Shown: positions 36,913-50,291, counted from the stretch's first letter. The stretch is 64,000 nt of DNA from Pelomyxa schiedti (GCA_020536535.1 JAHLWZ010000596.1:1-64000), one strand, 5' to 3'. Translations and numbers: made by a program. The notes: generated from the letters alone by a model not told the origin.

Positions 36913-38132
36913 ATGAAACGACGCCAAGTCACCATCGCGTTCTACGTCAGCCCCGCCAAGTACGCCAAGTTGGGGTGGCCGCCGATCGAGTCGCTGGCGC
37001 TGCCCGCCAACATCTCCAAGCTGCACCTGGTCGAGAGCGCGGCGGCGCTTGGGCGGCTGTCGTCCGAGGCCGAGCTCGACGTCGCGGTGGTGAAGGTCAC
37101 CGAGCTGCTGGCCGAGGCGCGGTCCGGCGACGCGTCGGCGGCCGCCGAGGTCGCCGCCCTCGAGGGGTTCTTCGCGGAACACCCGGGCATCCTGCAGATC
37201 GACAGAATCTCACTCCAGAGGCAACTTGCCCACCGCACGTTCATCGCACAGACCCTCGCCGCCCTCGACGACGTAGTCACCACGGCATGTCCATCCCTGT
37301 TCAGGCCTGACCCAAACACAAACACAACCACAACCACAACGCCTCCTCCTGGGACCGTACCAGCGACCCCGCGCATTTTCATGAGGTCGCCGCGGTGCTT
37401 TAGCCTAGAGAGCAACGACGCCCTCGCCCGTTCCGCGGAGGTGGCGGCCATGGACTTCCCGGTGATGTGCAAGCGCGACCTGGCCTGTGGCTGCCTCGAC
37501 TCCCACGTGATGGAAATCGTGCTGAGCAAAGAGGCTCTCCCAATGGTATCCACAAAGGCCCCCCTTCTGGTCCAGGAATACATCAACCACGACTCTGTAT
37601 TGACCAAGGTGTTTGCAATTGGGCCCCATGTCTTCACCCAGACTCGTCCTTCCCTTCCCAATTTCTCCAACACCGCCATTGGAACCGGAACCGAGGGTGG
37701 AACCCAGCCGCTTGCACCACTTTTATTTGACAACACACGCCCTGCTGCACCACAGGTCGAGGAGTGGCGTGCTAGCCCTGCTGCGAGGTGCATGCTTCCA
37801 GACTCCAAAGGTATTGTTCATCTTCATTGAATTGATTTACTGTATCCCCCGAACTGCCTAATGCTGAACAATTTGTGTTTTGGGGTAATCTAGGTAATGC
37901 AGCACTTCAGCAGGCTCTGCCACGTGCAATTGAGGTGATGGCACAACAGCTGAGCAAGATTCTAGGGGGTGCTGCTCTATTCGGCTTTGATGTAGTCTGT
38001 GACTCTGCTGTCTCGCGTGCTGCTGTGATTGATGTGAATTACTTCCCCAGCTACAAAGTCCTTACAGCCTCTCAATTCCTTGAGAATTTAGCTGATTTTG
38101 CCTTAACACAACTTGAAGAAAGAAACTTGTAA
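36913..38132 (+). CDS. ITPK1: Inositol-tetrakisphosphate 1-kinase / Ins(1,3,4)P3 5/6-kinase (ATP-grasp)
   Basis: FPVMCKRDLACG..SHVM, QEYINHDSVLTKVFAIG, RPSLPN, LFGFDVV and IDVNYFPSY. Confidence 0.9.
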
Positions 38133-38187
38133 TTAGAAAGTGGGAAAAAAAGAAAGTTACATTGTATTATCACAGACAAAATTTATT

Positions 38188-39804
38188 TTAGCAAGAGCCC
38201 GTGTGTGCCCAATCCTTCATCAGCATATCAAGTGTTGCAATAAGATTTCTCAAACCTAAAGCAAATGGTTGAGTGAAGTTAATGTTGTTGGTTGCATTAC
38301 CACGCAGAACATCATCGTCACACACTTCCCCGGGTTTAAGTATATAAGTCTTGGCAAAATCTATTATTCGGGCATCTCCTTTGGGAGAATCACTGTCACT
38401 GTCATAGATCTTTGATTTTGGAAGTTAGTACATAAAGGTTACCTTTACAATAAATCCCAAAGATGGTTTACCGCCAACATGGAAACGGAGTACATCCTAT
38501 AGTATGGAGAATCCTCAAGGCGCTTTGCAAGTGTTTTGAACTTCTCTATAAAAAGTGGCAACAAATCTAGCCTACGTGTGGTGCCGTTTTCAAAAAACTC
38601 TCCAAGACGATCCTGCTCAATATTAAGAAAATTATGTGAATTGCTTGGTATCCAGGTTACCTTGAGCTGTTCCATTGGGAGAACCCTGCCCACATATTTG
38701 TCCTGAAATCGGTAGGTGCTGGAAGCAGGCAAAAAGACCTGATTAAAATGGGTGAGCAGTAAGACTAGAATTCTGCTTGTGTACCAACATTCCACATATG
38801 CGGAAAGCCAGTGTAGAAGATGTAGAGTTGGCGCATTTGGCAATTTGCCTTTCCCTTTTTTCAAGAGAACACTCGTCTCCATGCTGTCTTGTCCCTGCAT
38901 AAGTTTAGTTAATTCTTTCACTTTTTCAATTAACGGCGAACCTAATTTTATATCTAATATTGAGGGGTGCTTATAGGCACTTGTAAGATCTGGATGTCAC
39001 AAGTTACGAGAAAAAAAGGAATGCATCCAAAATAAAAAACCTTGAATGACCAGGAACGACTGAGGAACTGAAACGAAGCAGCATAATTAGAAGTCAATAA
39101 TCACAACTTGCAAACCTTCAATATTGCGGGGAGCATGGTGACTCTGCAATTCATCAGGACTTGGTGAACTGGGAGAAGGGTGCGCGCTGGCCTCCGCATC
39201 GGGTAGTGATTGGGAACCGCAGATTGATGGTGATGTAGTAGTGGTAGGAATTTGTGTAGATGTTGATGTTGTAATAGAGGGCGAACTTTTCTCTATTGAG
39301 CTTGGAGGTACATTTGAATGAGACAGTGAATCGCTATCACTTGTTGCATCAACAGAGGCTCCAGACGAGGGCTTGTGCTTGCGACTCCAGATTAGGGACA
39401 CTGAGGAGCCAGGGTTTTCAGGCAACAGAGACTTGTCCACAACCAGTGTGCCATAGCATTTTGGTACAGCAGGAATCATCTGAGAGTGCAGCTGAATGTG
39501 CTCATATATCCCCCGTTCTCTCGTGTTGAGAGGCTTGAAAATCCTACCATCCATAAGACATGTGAATAGAGAATTCTTAAAATACACAACACACAAAAAA
39601 AAAAAAAAAAAAAAAAAATAAATAAATAAAAAATAATGGGGGAAAAAAATAGTAGAAGACAAAGAACCAAAATGCCCATTCGTTCTATTACATTCCCGGG
39701 CTGGATAATATTTCAGTGTGGCCAGCCACTTGATACTGAAAAGCCCTCACAGGGAGTGCTATATTCGCCTCCATCGGTTCTGTACACAATGCCTCGAAGT
39801 GCAT
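38188..39804 (-). CDS. Inositol polyphosphate kinase, IPK superfamily (IP6K/IPMK-like)
   Basis: [40 protein letters not shown] (PxxxDxKxG), YRMYSVSML and ARIIDFA..GLRNLI. Confidence 0.88.
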
Positions 39805-39911
39805 TTTTCGCGTGTTGATTTTTTATGCGTTTTTCTTAGCCACTTCTGGTACGACACTTGCCTCCGTCGCTTCGCCTCCCGCACGGATCAATCGATTGGC
39901 AGAAGAAATCA

Positions 39912-41116
39912 ATGACGAAATGGGTGTTCTCAGTCTCCAGTCGTTCATCAATTTGGAATTCCCCTTGCATGCAGTGGGGCTCGTTACTATTTAATCCTCA
40001 GAACACTGGGCCACCACCACAAACAATTGCTTTGGATATGCTGTCCTTCACGTTGTTTGAAGTTGGGGCACCACAGGCACGAGATGAAGTGCTCTTAAAG
40101 TGCATGACACATTTGACACTATGGGACCTCTCTGCTGTGGCTCCTTTTGTTTCGAGGTTTCGTTTTAGTACTAGTTTCAATAAGGTTTCGTGGAGCTAAA
40201 GTAATTTAGGAGGTGGAGGAGATGTTCCTATAATGCTACCCCGTGGAGGTACTCTTTTAATTGAAATCGAATAGCCTACTAATATTATTACCATGCACGA
40301 TACCTACTTAGAGTAGAGGCTGAGAAAAGAGGAATATCTCTCAAGCCAGGAGTAGGTGAGTTTTCACCCGGGGTGTGGAGGGAGGCTTTTCTAGAGAATA
40401 TTGTTGCGGAATACCATGACAATGGCTTGCTTTTGACGCGGGCTGTGGCCAAACTTGAACGGCTTGTCTCTCTCAGTGGCTGCTCTTTACCTGTCGCTAT
40501 GAATGCCTCCTGGAGGCAATTAATCCGTGATAGGTACTGTGTCACAGAATTGAATAGCCGCTCCGCACATGACAGATACCAGTGGCATTTGTGGGGCGAT
40601 GCAGACCTGTGTATATACCGGTTCACGCCAGAGTGTACAGTGAGTTTTGAAGTAACCCCTATTCCAAACAATGGAGTATTGAACTTGAGCATTAAACTAC
40701 TCACTCTCTCTGATGTTTGTGCATTGGCAATACTGATCACCCATCGGCGGATTTTCACAACCAACCCTAGTCTCACCCAAATTATGGAATCCCTGAGCTT
40801 GTCAAGTATCACCACACAGTACCGCACCAAGTCCGACATACTATCTCGCTTTGGCGAAGAGACAGCCGAGATTGAAAGAAAAAAGGCGCTTATGGCCGCA
40901 TACCAAGTTGACACCACCAAGAACAAAAGCAAGAAAAAGTCGTTGGTCTGGCTGGCGCACCAGCAAGTCACAGAAGAGGCCCCCGAACATGGTATGAATG
41001 ACCTTATTTATGGGGTTCTCCAAGGAACCGGCGCCGTAGTTGATGACGGAAACACCCTCGTCCTCGTGTCCCAGACCTCTCGTTACTTCTACATCTTCTA
41101 CTTCTGCACATCATGA
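39912..41116 (+). CDS. Hypothetical protein with an F-box-like motif
   Basis: RDEVLLKCMTHLTLWDLSAVAPFVSR resembles an F-box, and there is a long open final exon. Start and splice sites are uncertain. Confidence 0.45.
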
Positions 41117-41204
41117 CGAGAAACAAAACTCTTTTTTTTCCCTCTGCGCCCTCCCCGGTCTCACGGGACGCTTCCCGTTCAACAAATTAAATCGGCGAAC
41201 CGCG

Positions 41205-41937
41205 ATGTACCACGAAAGGCAGGCAGGGGTGACTGGGGTTGGGACATGCGCCGTGTGCGCGTGCAACAACCTGCTTCAGAACAGGTTCTTTGACAAGGCG
41301 TCGTTCGAGGCCATTTCGCAGGGGCTGCCCGAGTCGGGCCACAGCCTCTCCCTGATCGGCAAGCGCTACTCGATCGGGTTCTACGACGCAAACGTGATCG
41401 TTGCTGCCCTGGAAATGGCAGGAATGCACTGCTCGTGGCACGACAGCAGGACACATTATATTTCCCCTGATGATATCTGCCAGTATTTTTTTTTTTTTTT
41501 TTTTTTTTTGCCCCTTTCCCCTCAACGCAGTATACGATGCAATAGAAAATGAATTAAATGTTCATAAAGAAGAAGTTATACTCAATGCTTTTTCTTCTTA
41601 CTTGCCCTCAGTAACTTCAATACAATAACACAGTGATACACCGTTTAAGGAGGCTTCCGCAGCTGACTTTGTTGGGGTTGTTATCAATGTTGGATCGCCA
41701 TCAGTGCAGTTCCAGGGGGTGTCATTCGGTGACTCAGGCAACGCCATACGGCAGGCAATGGGTATGGCGAAGCACTGGATATGCTCCAGGCCCCTGGATG
41801 GAACCTGGTTTGCATTTGACTCGACACACGCAAGCCCAGATTTAATCGGCACTGTGGAAGATGCTGCAGCATTTCTCACAGCTTGCCTTGCTTCTGAGGC
41901 AACCATCATCAAGGTATTCAGGTTGCACCAGCCGTGA
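41205..41937 (+). CDS. Josephin-domain deubiquitinase
   Basis: YHERQ..CAVCACNNLLQ, GFYDANVIVAAL, and HWICSRPLDGTWFAFDS; the Cys-His-Asp triad is present. Confidence 0.85.
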
Positions 41938-41998
41938 GTGAATGTGCAGAAACCCTGAAGTTTTCAAAATGTATATTTTTTAGAAAAAGTGAAACCCT

Positions 41999-43249
41999 CT
42001 AAAAGATTCTATAAGAAAAGAAGAGGTTCCAGTAGTCAGTTTCTGTGTCCATTGTGAAACGAGGGTCCCACTTAACAGCAATATCACCAACACGAAAACC
42101 AGTTATGCCATCATGCAGCGTCCAACACATCCCCTTCTCAAACTTATTGTGTATTGTTGAAACTATAAGGCCTGATTCCTTGCAGGGTAGTGCCCTTGTG
42201 CACGGGACACAAAGTGTTGGTGATGAAAAGTTCCCTGTGTGATAAACCGCGAACTGTGGACTATCATGCATGGGCCTAGCAAATGCATGTTGGCAGTCTC
42301 CAATTGGTGTGATCTTTAAAAGATGCGGGTACTCGTAGACCTTTTGTGTTGTGACATCCACAAGCTCGATATTAAGAATGGCATCCCTTAAAATGCCCAA
42401 GGAACCATCAGGCATCCACATCACTCCCGCTGTCTTTGTGCCGCCACAATCAAACTTCTTTGTGATCACCAAATCTTGCTTCCTGAAGCTTTCATCCAAG
42501 TCCACAAGGGTTACAAAACTGGGTCCACCAATACTAAGTGGGGCATTTATCACAACAACGAGGTCATGGCTCCGAGGCCAGAGTAAGAGTTGCAACCTGC
42601 TGACTCTTTCTTCGAACCCAGCAAAGCACAGTGGTCCCGGTTGTTGTACAGTCGTTCTCACTCCACCGCCACCACCATCGCCCACAAATTTAGTGACATG
42701 CAGCAACCCATCAGTCGCAGTCCACGCCACAAACCACCTTCTATTGCACACGAAAATTGTGGGCTGCTCAACATGGCGTCGCAAACAGAACAGAGTCGGA
42801 CCGCGGCTATTAACAGTCGAGCCGCTGCTCCAGTCCACAACCGAGAACTTGTTCTGCAGCCGGCCCCTGGCGAAAGTCATGTCACTTGTGAGCACTTCTG
42901 TGCCGTGGCCTGACACACACCCACGAAATCTGTGCCGATCAGACACCACCCAGTGGTGCCGGACCAGCCCCAGGGTCGGCGACACACCCACACACAGGAA
43001 GTAGTTCTCGCCCCTGGTGTCTTCGGTCTTGCCTACGACTGGCAGGCAGAACACCGCGACCCTCTCAGATCTGAGCACCCACGACCGCGCCCAGTACCTC
43101 ACCAGCGACGGGCACCGCGCCCACTGGACCAGCGACTGGCAGCAGAAGCTTCCAGCCAATCTCACGACCGCGGCGCAACACATCGCCATTGCCTGCGACT
43201 CGGCCGTAGTGACCGCAGGAACGCGGGGCGCGGATTGGCGCGAGCCCAT
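41999..43249 (-). CDS. Intronless hypothetical protein, likely from a lineage-expanded family; possible N-myristoylation (MGSRQS)
   Basis: Uninterrupted ORF of about 416 aa with a beta-rich C-terminal part. I recognise no catalytic motif. Confidence 0.6.
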   Translation of the reverse strand: MGSRQSAPRVPAVTTAESQAMAMCCAAVVRLAGSFCCQSLVQWARCPSLVRYWARSWVLRSERVAVFCLPVVGKTEDTRGENYFLCVGVSPTLGLVRHHWVVSDRHRFRGCVSGHGTEVLTSDMTFARGRLQNKFSVVDWSSGSTVNSRGPTLFCLRRHVEQPTIFVCNRRWFVAWTATDGLLHVTKFVGDGGGGGVRTTVQQPGPLCFAGFEERVSRLQLLLWPRSHDLVVVINAPLSIGGPSFVTLVDLDESFRKQDLVITKKFDCGGTKTAGVMWMPDGSLGILRDAILNIELVDVTTQKVYEYPHLLKITPIGDCQHAFARPMHDSPQFAVYHTGNFSSPTLCVPCTRALPCKESGLIVSTIHNKFEKGMCWTLHDGITGFRVGDIAVKWDPRFTMDTETDYWNLFFSYRIF

Positions 43250-43476
43250 AATTGGTCTTGTCTGTGTCACTCAAAAGGGAGCAGTGCGCGAAAAAACAGA
43301 TAACCGTGTCCGGCTCGGTGTTCCAAAAGAGACGCTTAGACGTATAGTGTGAAGAGCCGTCCCCGGCACAGCACCGACGTCGGCAGGATTTCGCGAAACT
43401 CAAAGTGCCACGAAAAAACCAAGCGCTGAAAACCCGGAACGCCAAATCAAAAAAAAAAAAAGGTTTATTGGCACTC

Positions 43477-46280
43477 ATGGGTACGCTCAAGGTCGACGTA
43501 ATTGAGGCCGCAGATCTTATTGCTGCTGACAGCAACGGCAAGTCCGGTAAATAGTGCTGCCTCGTTTCTTTTTTCATAGTTGCTTTGTTGGTTGGGGGTG
43601 GCATTCCTTATTATATTCTCCCTCACGAGTGCACGTAGATCCGTATGTAACACTGGGCCTTGTTGTCGATGATTCCGGCAAACTGGAGAAACAACACACC
43701 AAGATTATTTACAAAACACTGAATCCCACGGTTTGGACGTTAGTCTTGCTTCTTTGTCTAATGACGCATTTTATGAAAAGTGGAATCAATCATTTACTTT
43801 TAATGTTGATTACAAGTCTCAAGGGTTCATCTTTCGTGTTTGGGTACAATTATCCTTTTTTTCTCTCCTAAGGGCTGCTGTTAAACAGTTCCTCAGGATC
43901 ACGATATGGTAGGAACGAATGACCCACTTGGGCATGTTCTTATTGAACTTGCTTCTCTCCCAGATGAGGAACCGCAAGATATGTGGTTGACCTTGCAGGT
44001 TCCCAAGAACAATGATAATTCTTATGTTACACCTATTTTTTAGGAAGTTGAACATGGGCGTCTGCATGTTAAGATGTTGTGGACACCCAGTGCTGCAGCT
44101 CCCACTGGTTCCGCATCCAAAGGAAATATGGTTATGATGCTTCGAGACGAAACGAGGTTTATATTAGGAATGACAACATCAAGTCACTGTGATTTTTTTC
44201 AGGCGACTACGTGACGCCTACAAAGCCCTAGGAGGCAATCCTGCTGCAATCCCTGAAACTCCTCCAAACGTCGAACGATTGATTTTGAATACTGAAGTAC
44301 AAATGGAGGGCCTAACAAAGATCCAAAAGGAAGTTGTTGATACAACCAGTGAACGCCTGTCCCATCAATTGCACTCAAATAGATCGCTGACCTGGGCGGA
44401 GGTTTCTACCGGACCCCCCTTTTTTTTCTCCTAAAGGTTTCCTTATTCTCCAGACATCACTAAAAACTGCCGTTTTTGGTACTGCTGGTGGGGCTGTTGA
44501 CTGTCCCTCTGTGGAAATCCCCTTCTCCACACAGATGCCACCGGTTCCATTTGGTGCTCCAATGCGAGCTTATTTCTACGTTGGTGAAGGCTTTTTCAAC
44601 TGCGGTATCTTGTAGTCAACTTTATGTGGCCTCTAAAGCAATTTAAGCATCATATGGTGTACTTCCTATTTCAACTGTGGCATCTCTTAAAGCTTGGGAG
44701 GTCATTTCACCCTCACCTTTTTTTTTTGTTTTAACTCCATAACCACAGGAAATTATACATTCGGATCCTGTACTTTTCAGGCTCAAAACCTTCACAATAA
44801 GACTTGCTCCCTTAGTGTCAAAGGCAAGTTATGCTGTGAATTCTTTCTGCTCACATTTTGTTCCAGGTTACCACGTTTGTCCATTGTGACCCCAATGACT
44901 TCCAGTTTATCCTCAACCCAAATGCAGCAATGTCGGCTGTAATGAAGAGTATTACTTGGACTACTGGTGACCGTCTAGTTTACCTGAGCTGTGACACAGA
45001 GGCAAATAAAGCAATATATAACTGGGTCAAAGCACACCACCCTGTTGAAGTCATTGAGGTCTAATGGTTCACACACCTATATGCTTTCACACTTTAACAG
45101 ATCCAAGTTCCACTGCCTACACCAACTGCCGGGATCGCTTTTCAACTGAAAACGGAGCTAGAGGCGTTGTTGGCAAGGTATCCTTCACTCTCCATTTATT
45201 GCCTTCATAGTGCGTCAGTGGTCCTGTACCTCGAATAGCTTCATTTTCGCATGTCTCTGCGGGGGGGTACATTCTGCCAGCAAAGGAAATTGTTTCTGCT
45301 TTCCACAAGTACAAGGTAATTTCTCTAACTCAAAAGAAGACGATTGAAGAGGTTGGCTAGATCCCCGTATGTATTGATGGTAGCCAAGCTGTGGGCCAAT
45401 TTCCAATAGATATTAACACCCTAATGGCCGAGTATTACATAGGTCTATTTGAATATACTTCACCCTCACATTTTAAACATTCTTTAGGCTCTTTGGATCG
45501 ATGGTGCTACTGTCCTCTTGGGACTGCGTTCTTAGTGGCACAACCCCACTGCCAGCAAGGTCTCACAACGCTCACTGTCTCCTACAATTATGGGCACGGC
45601 TACGAGCAGGAGTTTGCATACTATGGCCTGCAAGATTTTTCGAATTGGCTCTCTGTAGGCACTGGACTCCAGTTCGTCGAGAAGGGTATACCTTTGAAAC
45701 CACTTCTATAATCTAAGTCCCTGCAGTTTGTGGAGGTTGGAGCAGGGTCTGGGACTACTGCGACCAACTGGCTCATGACGCAGTTAAGCTTCTGAAGGAG
45801 CGATGGTTCCCCTCAGGTATCATTACGATTTAGAATAAAATGTAGTAACACTGGAGCCCAAAGAGGAAAAGCCACTCTCCTATCAGAAGCATTCGGCACA
45901 CTATGGACGTATGCCAACAATTCCTCTTCCTGGTGGTGCCAATATGGACAGTGCTGTTGCAGCAGAACTTACTGCTTACATGCTTCTCAAACATAACATT
46001 TCCGCACTCTTTTTGATTCTTCCAATACGGTGTGTCTGCTGCAACAATTCCAATCTGACCCCTCTTAAAACAAAAAAAAAGAGATGTGCCCACTCTGTGT
46101 GTGCGTCTGACCTTCCAGGTTTTCAACGACCTGTATGAAGTGGATGCCTTGGCCAATGCTATATCGGCCATTAATGGGAGATACAGGTATCTAACTCACT
46201 TCCCACAATTTGTACTCACACCCAACCCCAGAGAAATTCACGTACTCAACGAGATGCCCCCTGATGTACTGTTGCCCTAA
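43477..46280 (+). CDS. C2 domain fused to a class V PLP-dependent aminotransferase-like domain (isopenicillin-N epimerase/Egt2/LCD-like); catalytic Lys replaced
   Basis: C2: MGTLKVDVIEAADLIAADSNGKSDPYV..TKIIYKTLNP..DHDMVGTND. Class V: PFGAPMR..FNCASYG, FSHVS..YILPAKEIV, IDGSQAVG, YYIGSLDRWCYCPLGTAFL and CVRLTFQVFN. Confidence 0.8.
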
Positions 46281-46447
46281 ACCTCCACTTGGAAATAGCC
46301 AACAAAAGACACCCATTTTCCACAACACAAGACTTGAACAATGTTGAATTCTCCTTGCCCCGAAAACGACACCAATTTTTCGCTATCACACTCAACGCAC
46401 TGAATGGCTGTACGGTTCCACTGAACGTCCCCCCCGCTTCCTCGCAC

Positions 46448-47615
46448 ATGCATTTACACCTAAGGGTCGCCTGCGGCCGCCCCTTCCTTCTCTCCCTCCC
46501 TCCCCCTACACAGGCCACAGTGTCATCCACAGATAGTCTCGGCGAGCAGGAGCCCGAGCTGGTGGTGGACAGGGAGGAATGCTCGCACCTGTTTTTTTTC
46601 CCCACCAACCCGCCGCTGCGGGACCCGCCGAGCCCACACGCCACTTTGGCGTGCATCCCTGGGTCCGAGGAGGGGATCACGCTGAGGTGCCAGCTCGTGG
46701 TGCCTGAATCTTGCAATGGCCACACTGTAATCTACTTCCACGGGAATGGCGAAGTGGCTACAAACTACTCCCACGATGTACGGGTTTTTTTTTTTTTTTT
46801 TTTCTTTTTCACGATTTTTACTCATGAATGTGAATTGGATGTAGCCTGATCCCAGGTGCATTCGAGAGTTCTTCTTGAGTTTGGGATTGAGAATAATATT
46901 TTATGAATACCGAGCTTATGGCGGTAGTACAGGCAGGGACAAGGTGTTTCATTTCTTCTAACCCCAAGGCACGATTTCTTAACTTCCCTTGTTGTACAGC
47001 TATTTATAACAAAGACCTTGGAGGATGTCTCTACCATCATTTCCTCTTTCAGTCTCATCGAAAATAAGGTAAGTTTTTGCTTTTTCTGGATGGTATTTAT
47101 ACCTGTAGGTTTTCGTTTTCGGTCGCTCTTTGGGGTCTCTATTTGCAATAAGGATGGCCTCAAAGTATCCTGCATTGGCAGGAGTGATTTTGGAGAGTGG
47201 TGTTGGGGATGTGGCGAGGTTGCTCCTCTCTTTTCCTCAATTTTCAACCAACAAACCTGCAGTGTTTGGGGTAAAACATTTGTCAAGAGAGGCATAGACC
47301 TGGACAAGCTTGCGGATGAGCAACGGAAATACATTAGGCAACAGGACATTGCCGGGTTCCCAGGTTTACTCTGGAGGATACCCTAATAACCTTTCTCTGC
47401 TAATTAATACAAAAGGTCCTGTACTGATAATGCACACGAAAAATGACAAGATAGCTCCATTCTCACAAGCAGAGCTATTCTCTCAGTGGAGGCAAGATAA
47501 CCCAAAAACAACCCTCGTGGCATTTCCCAGCGGGGGCCACAACGGAATTTATGAAAGTAACAGGCCTCAGTACAAAGAAGCACTCAGAAAATTTTTTACA
47601 GAAAACTCTACCTGA
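46448..47615 (+). CDS. Alpha/beta hydrolase (ABHD13/ABHD17-like)
   Basis: VIYFHGNGE, EYRAYGGSTG, nucleophile elbow GRSLGS, PVLIMHTKNDKI and GGHN. Confidence 0.85.
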
Positions 47616-47709
47616 AAAAATAATGAAATCTTTCTTTCTCGAAATGTTCCGTACAAGAAACAAACAGAGACTAGTGTTGGCAAGAGAAACAGGTTTATTG
47701 CTTCTCGGC

Positions 47710-49827
47710 TCAGAAATTCTTGCAGAGGGGCATGGACGCAACAGAAGAGTGACGGTCTGACATGTATTTCGTTTTGATGGATTGGTAGCTGCTGGAATAC
47801 TTCAGCACACACGCGTGTAATTTTCGAGCTACTGGAACGATGTCCTCCTCTGAGTATTTGGAGTAGTACGCCAAGGTCGAGGTCTGTATTTGGGCAAATG
47901 TCAGACATTATAAGACCAGGAATTATAAAACAGTCTTGATAAAAGAAAAAAACTAACCCAATTCTGAAGATGGGTTGTCCGCCTTGTAAGGTACACTGCT
48001 GCGGCGGCGATTTGTGATGGGAGATAAGCTAACAGTGAGTAATCCATAGTGCTCATCTCCACAAGGTATTTGGAGAATGTATGGCTCACAGGATCAGCCA
48101 AACTGGCTTTTGAATACCTCCGCAGGAAGAACAAGGGGCTGAGAACAGACAACTGGAAATGCAACCTATCGAGTATAGTGCATTCACACTTGATTCACAT
48201 TAACTGATTGTCGAGAACAAAATCAATATTCACCTTGAGAATTTGTGCACGGTCATATGCGTGGTCAGAGATATAGATGAGATCGCCAACTTCAACTGCG
48301 TAAATCTCCTCAAATTTGGAAGCAATCAGGATTGAAGTAATGCCAACAAGTTGCAACTCGGTTCTAATTGAAATAGGTTTGTAAGGTCAAGGACAGTCAA
48401 GGCTGTGTACCTTGACACCATTACTTCTCCCAAATATTTATCAACAATGTAAACAGCCAAGAAGAAAGTCTCTGAAAGCAATTTAAATTTAATGCAAACC
48501 TCAGCCTAAGGAGAGGGTTAAAAAGAAAATCCCAGTTGGAGTGAAAGATACCATCCAGTCCACCAAGATTTCTCGCATCTTCTCGTTCAATCTCATATTT
48601 TGTTCCTGTCGGTGATACATCTGCAAGTAACAGGCGTTAAGCCTTTCTTGGACCTAATTGGAGTTGGAAAAACAAAACAGGAGTAAAAGCACAAAGTTCA
48701 CCTCTTTGTCTCGGCAGTTTTCAAACACTTCCCGCACATAATCGGTGACAAAAATTGGGTCACAATTATCGCCCAAGTCAATGTCAACAACCGGATCTAC
48801 GTAAGTAAGGTGCATCTCTTGCTCTGAGATCTGAACTCCCGTGTGGCTTTGGGCTTGTTGTTGTTGTTGTGGTTGCGGTTGTTGAGGAACTGGTGCAATT
48901 CCCGAAGGGGCAATAATCGGCGCTGCATGATTGACAGTTGCAACAGAAACGGCGTTCTGCGAATGGACAGTGTTGTTTCGGTGGGAATTGTCAATCGACA
49001 TTTGCTCCGATGGGAGAAGGGAGGGGTGAGCTTCGTCCTGTACTACTGATCGGTTGTTTTGTTGTGGTATCCCACAATTGTTTGCCGAGACAAAGAGGTG
49101 AACTTTGTGCTTTTACTCCTGTTTTGTTTTTCCAACTCCAATTAGGTCCAAGAANNNNNNNNNNNNNNNNNNNNNNNNNNNNNNNNNNNNNNNNNNNNNN
49201 NNNNNNNNNNNNNNNNNNNNNNNNNNNNNNNNNNNNNNNNNNNNNNNNNNNNNNGGGATGAAGGTAAGTGGAAACCAGCGGTACAAAACAAAAAAAACGT
49301 ACTGGTTTCTTGGCTGCTGGAGCAGACTCGCTTGTGAACCTGTACTCGGGGCCAGTGTAAACAAGAGGGCGCTTTGCTGCAATTGGTTGCTGCTGCTGAT
49401 GCAATGTGTTGGTGACTGGAATCTGCTGCAACACAGTTTGCTGCTGTGCCCGTGGGGGCATCATCTGGACTGGTGGGTGTGCGGGAAGCACTATCTGAAC
49501 GTTGGGGATCACGGAGGGTTGTGAAGAGGTTTGCCGAACAACCATGGGGTTGGACTTGATGTGCATAGATTTCTTGACCTCCAAACTGCGTGTGTTCTCA
49601 TCCTGTTATATAGGGAAAAAAAAAAAAACCAGGGATGTCAAGGGACCAACTTTTTGTGTGGGGGAAAAAAAAAAAAGTGAAGCGAGCAATGCACCAGTGC
49701 TCAATAAACCCAGTCAAACACACAAAAACAAACTCGACCAAAAAAAAAACCCATTAGAGTTGATGCAAAAAAACCATCCAAAGGGGACAATAAAACGCGC
49801 AAGTACCTGCAGCACAGTGGGGCGCAT
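47710..49827 (-). CDS. Mitotic cyclin (A/B-type); 5' part interrupted by an assembly gap
   Basis: DPIFVTDYVREVF, MREILVDWM.EV..KFKLLSETFFLAV.IVDKYL, LQLVGITSILIASKFEEIY, SPLFFLRRYSKA and YLPSQIAAAA. Confidence 0.9.
49155..49254. other. Assembly gap (100 N)
   Basis: Run of exactly 100 N characters. Confidence 1.
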
Positions 49828-50291
49828 GGTGATGGTCGTGTGGACTCTGGACGGTTGCGCTAAAACGTACATCTCGAACCGTATTCGCACTTCACTTGCT
49901 CGAGCCTTAATGCTTCCCCTCCCTACGAGTGAGCTGGATTCGAGTGATTGAATCCTTTGGTTTTTTCGGTATAATTAAAATGATTCTACTGAAAAACCAT
50001 TTAGGTTTTTTTAAAAGGCGGGAGTATTTTTGGAGTTTGTACCTCTCGGTGGTGTACACCAACCAAGCCACAGTTCGGATTACCATGATAGTACAGCGAT
50101 CTGTGTTCTATCTATTACCTCAGATTCTTTTTTTGTTGTAAGAAGGCTGGCCCCTGTTTGAACTCGCACTAATGCCCACAACCGTCGTACACCCAACTGG
50201 TCAAGGGTGTTCTCCCGTGAATTAATAGTAAATTATGATTTTTTTGGGGTTTGGCCTTGTGGATCATACTCAGAAGACTTTTGGACCCAAC

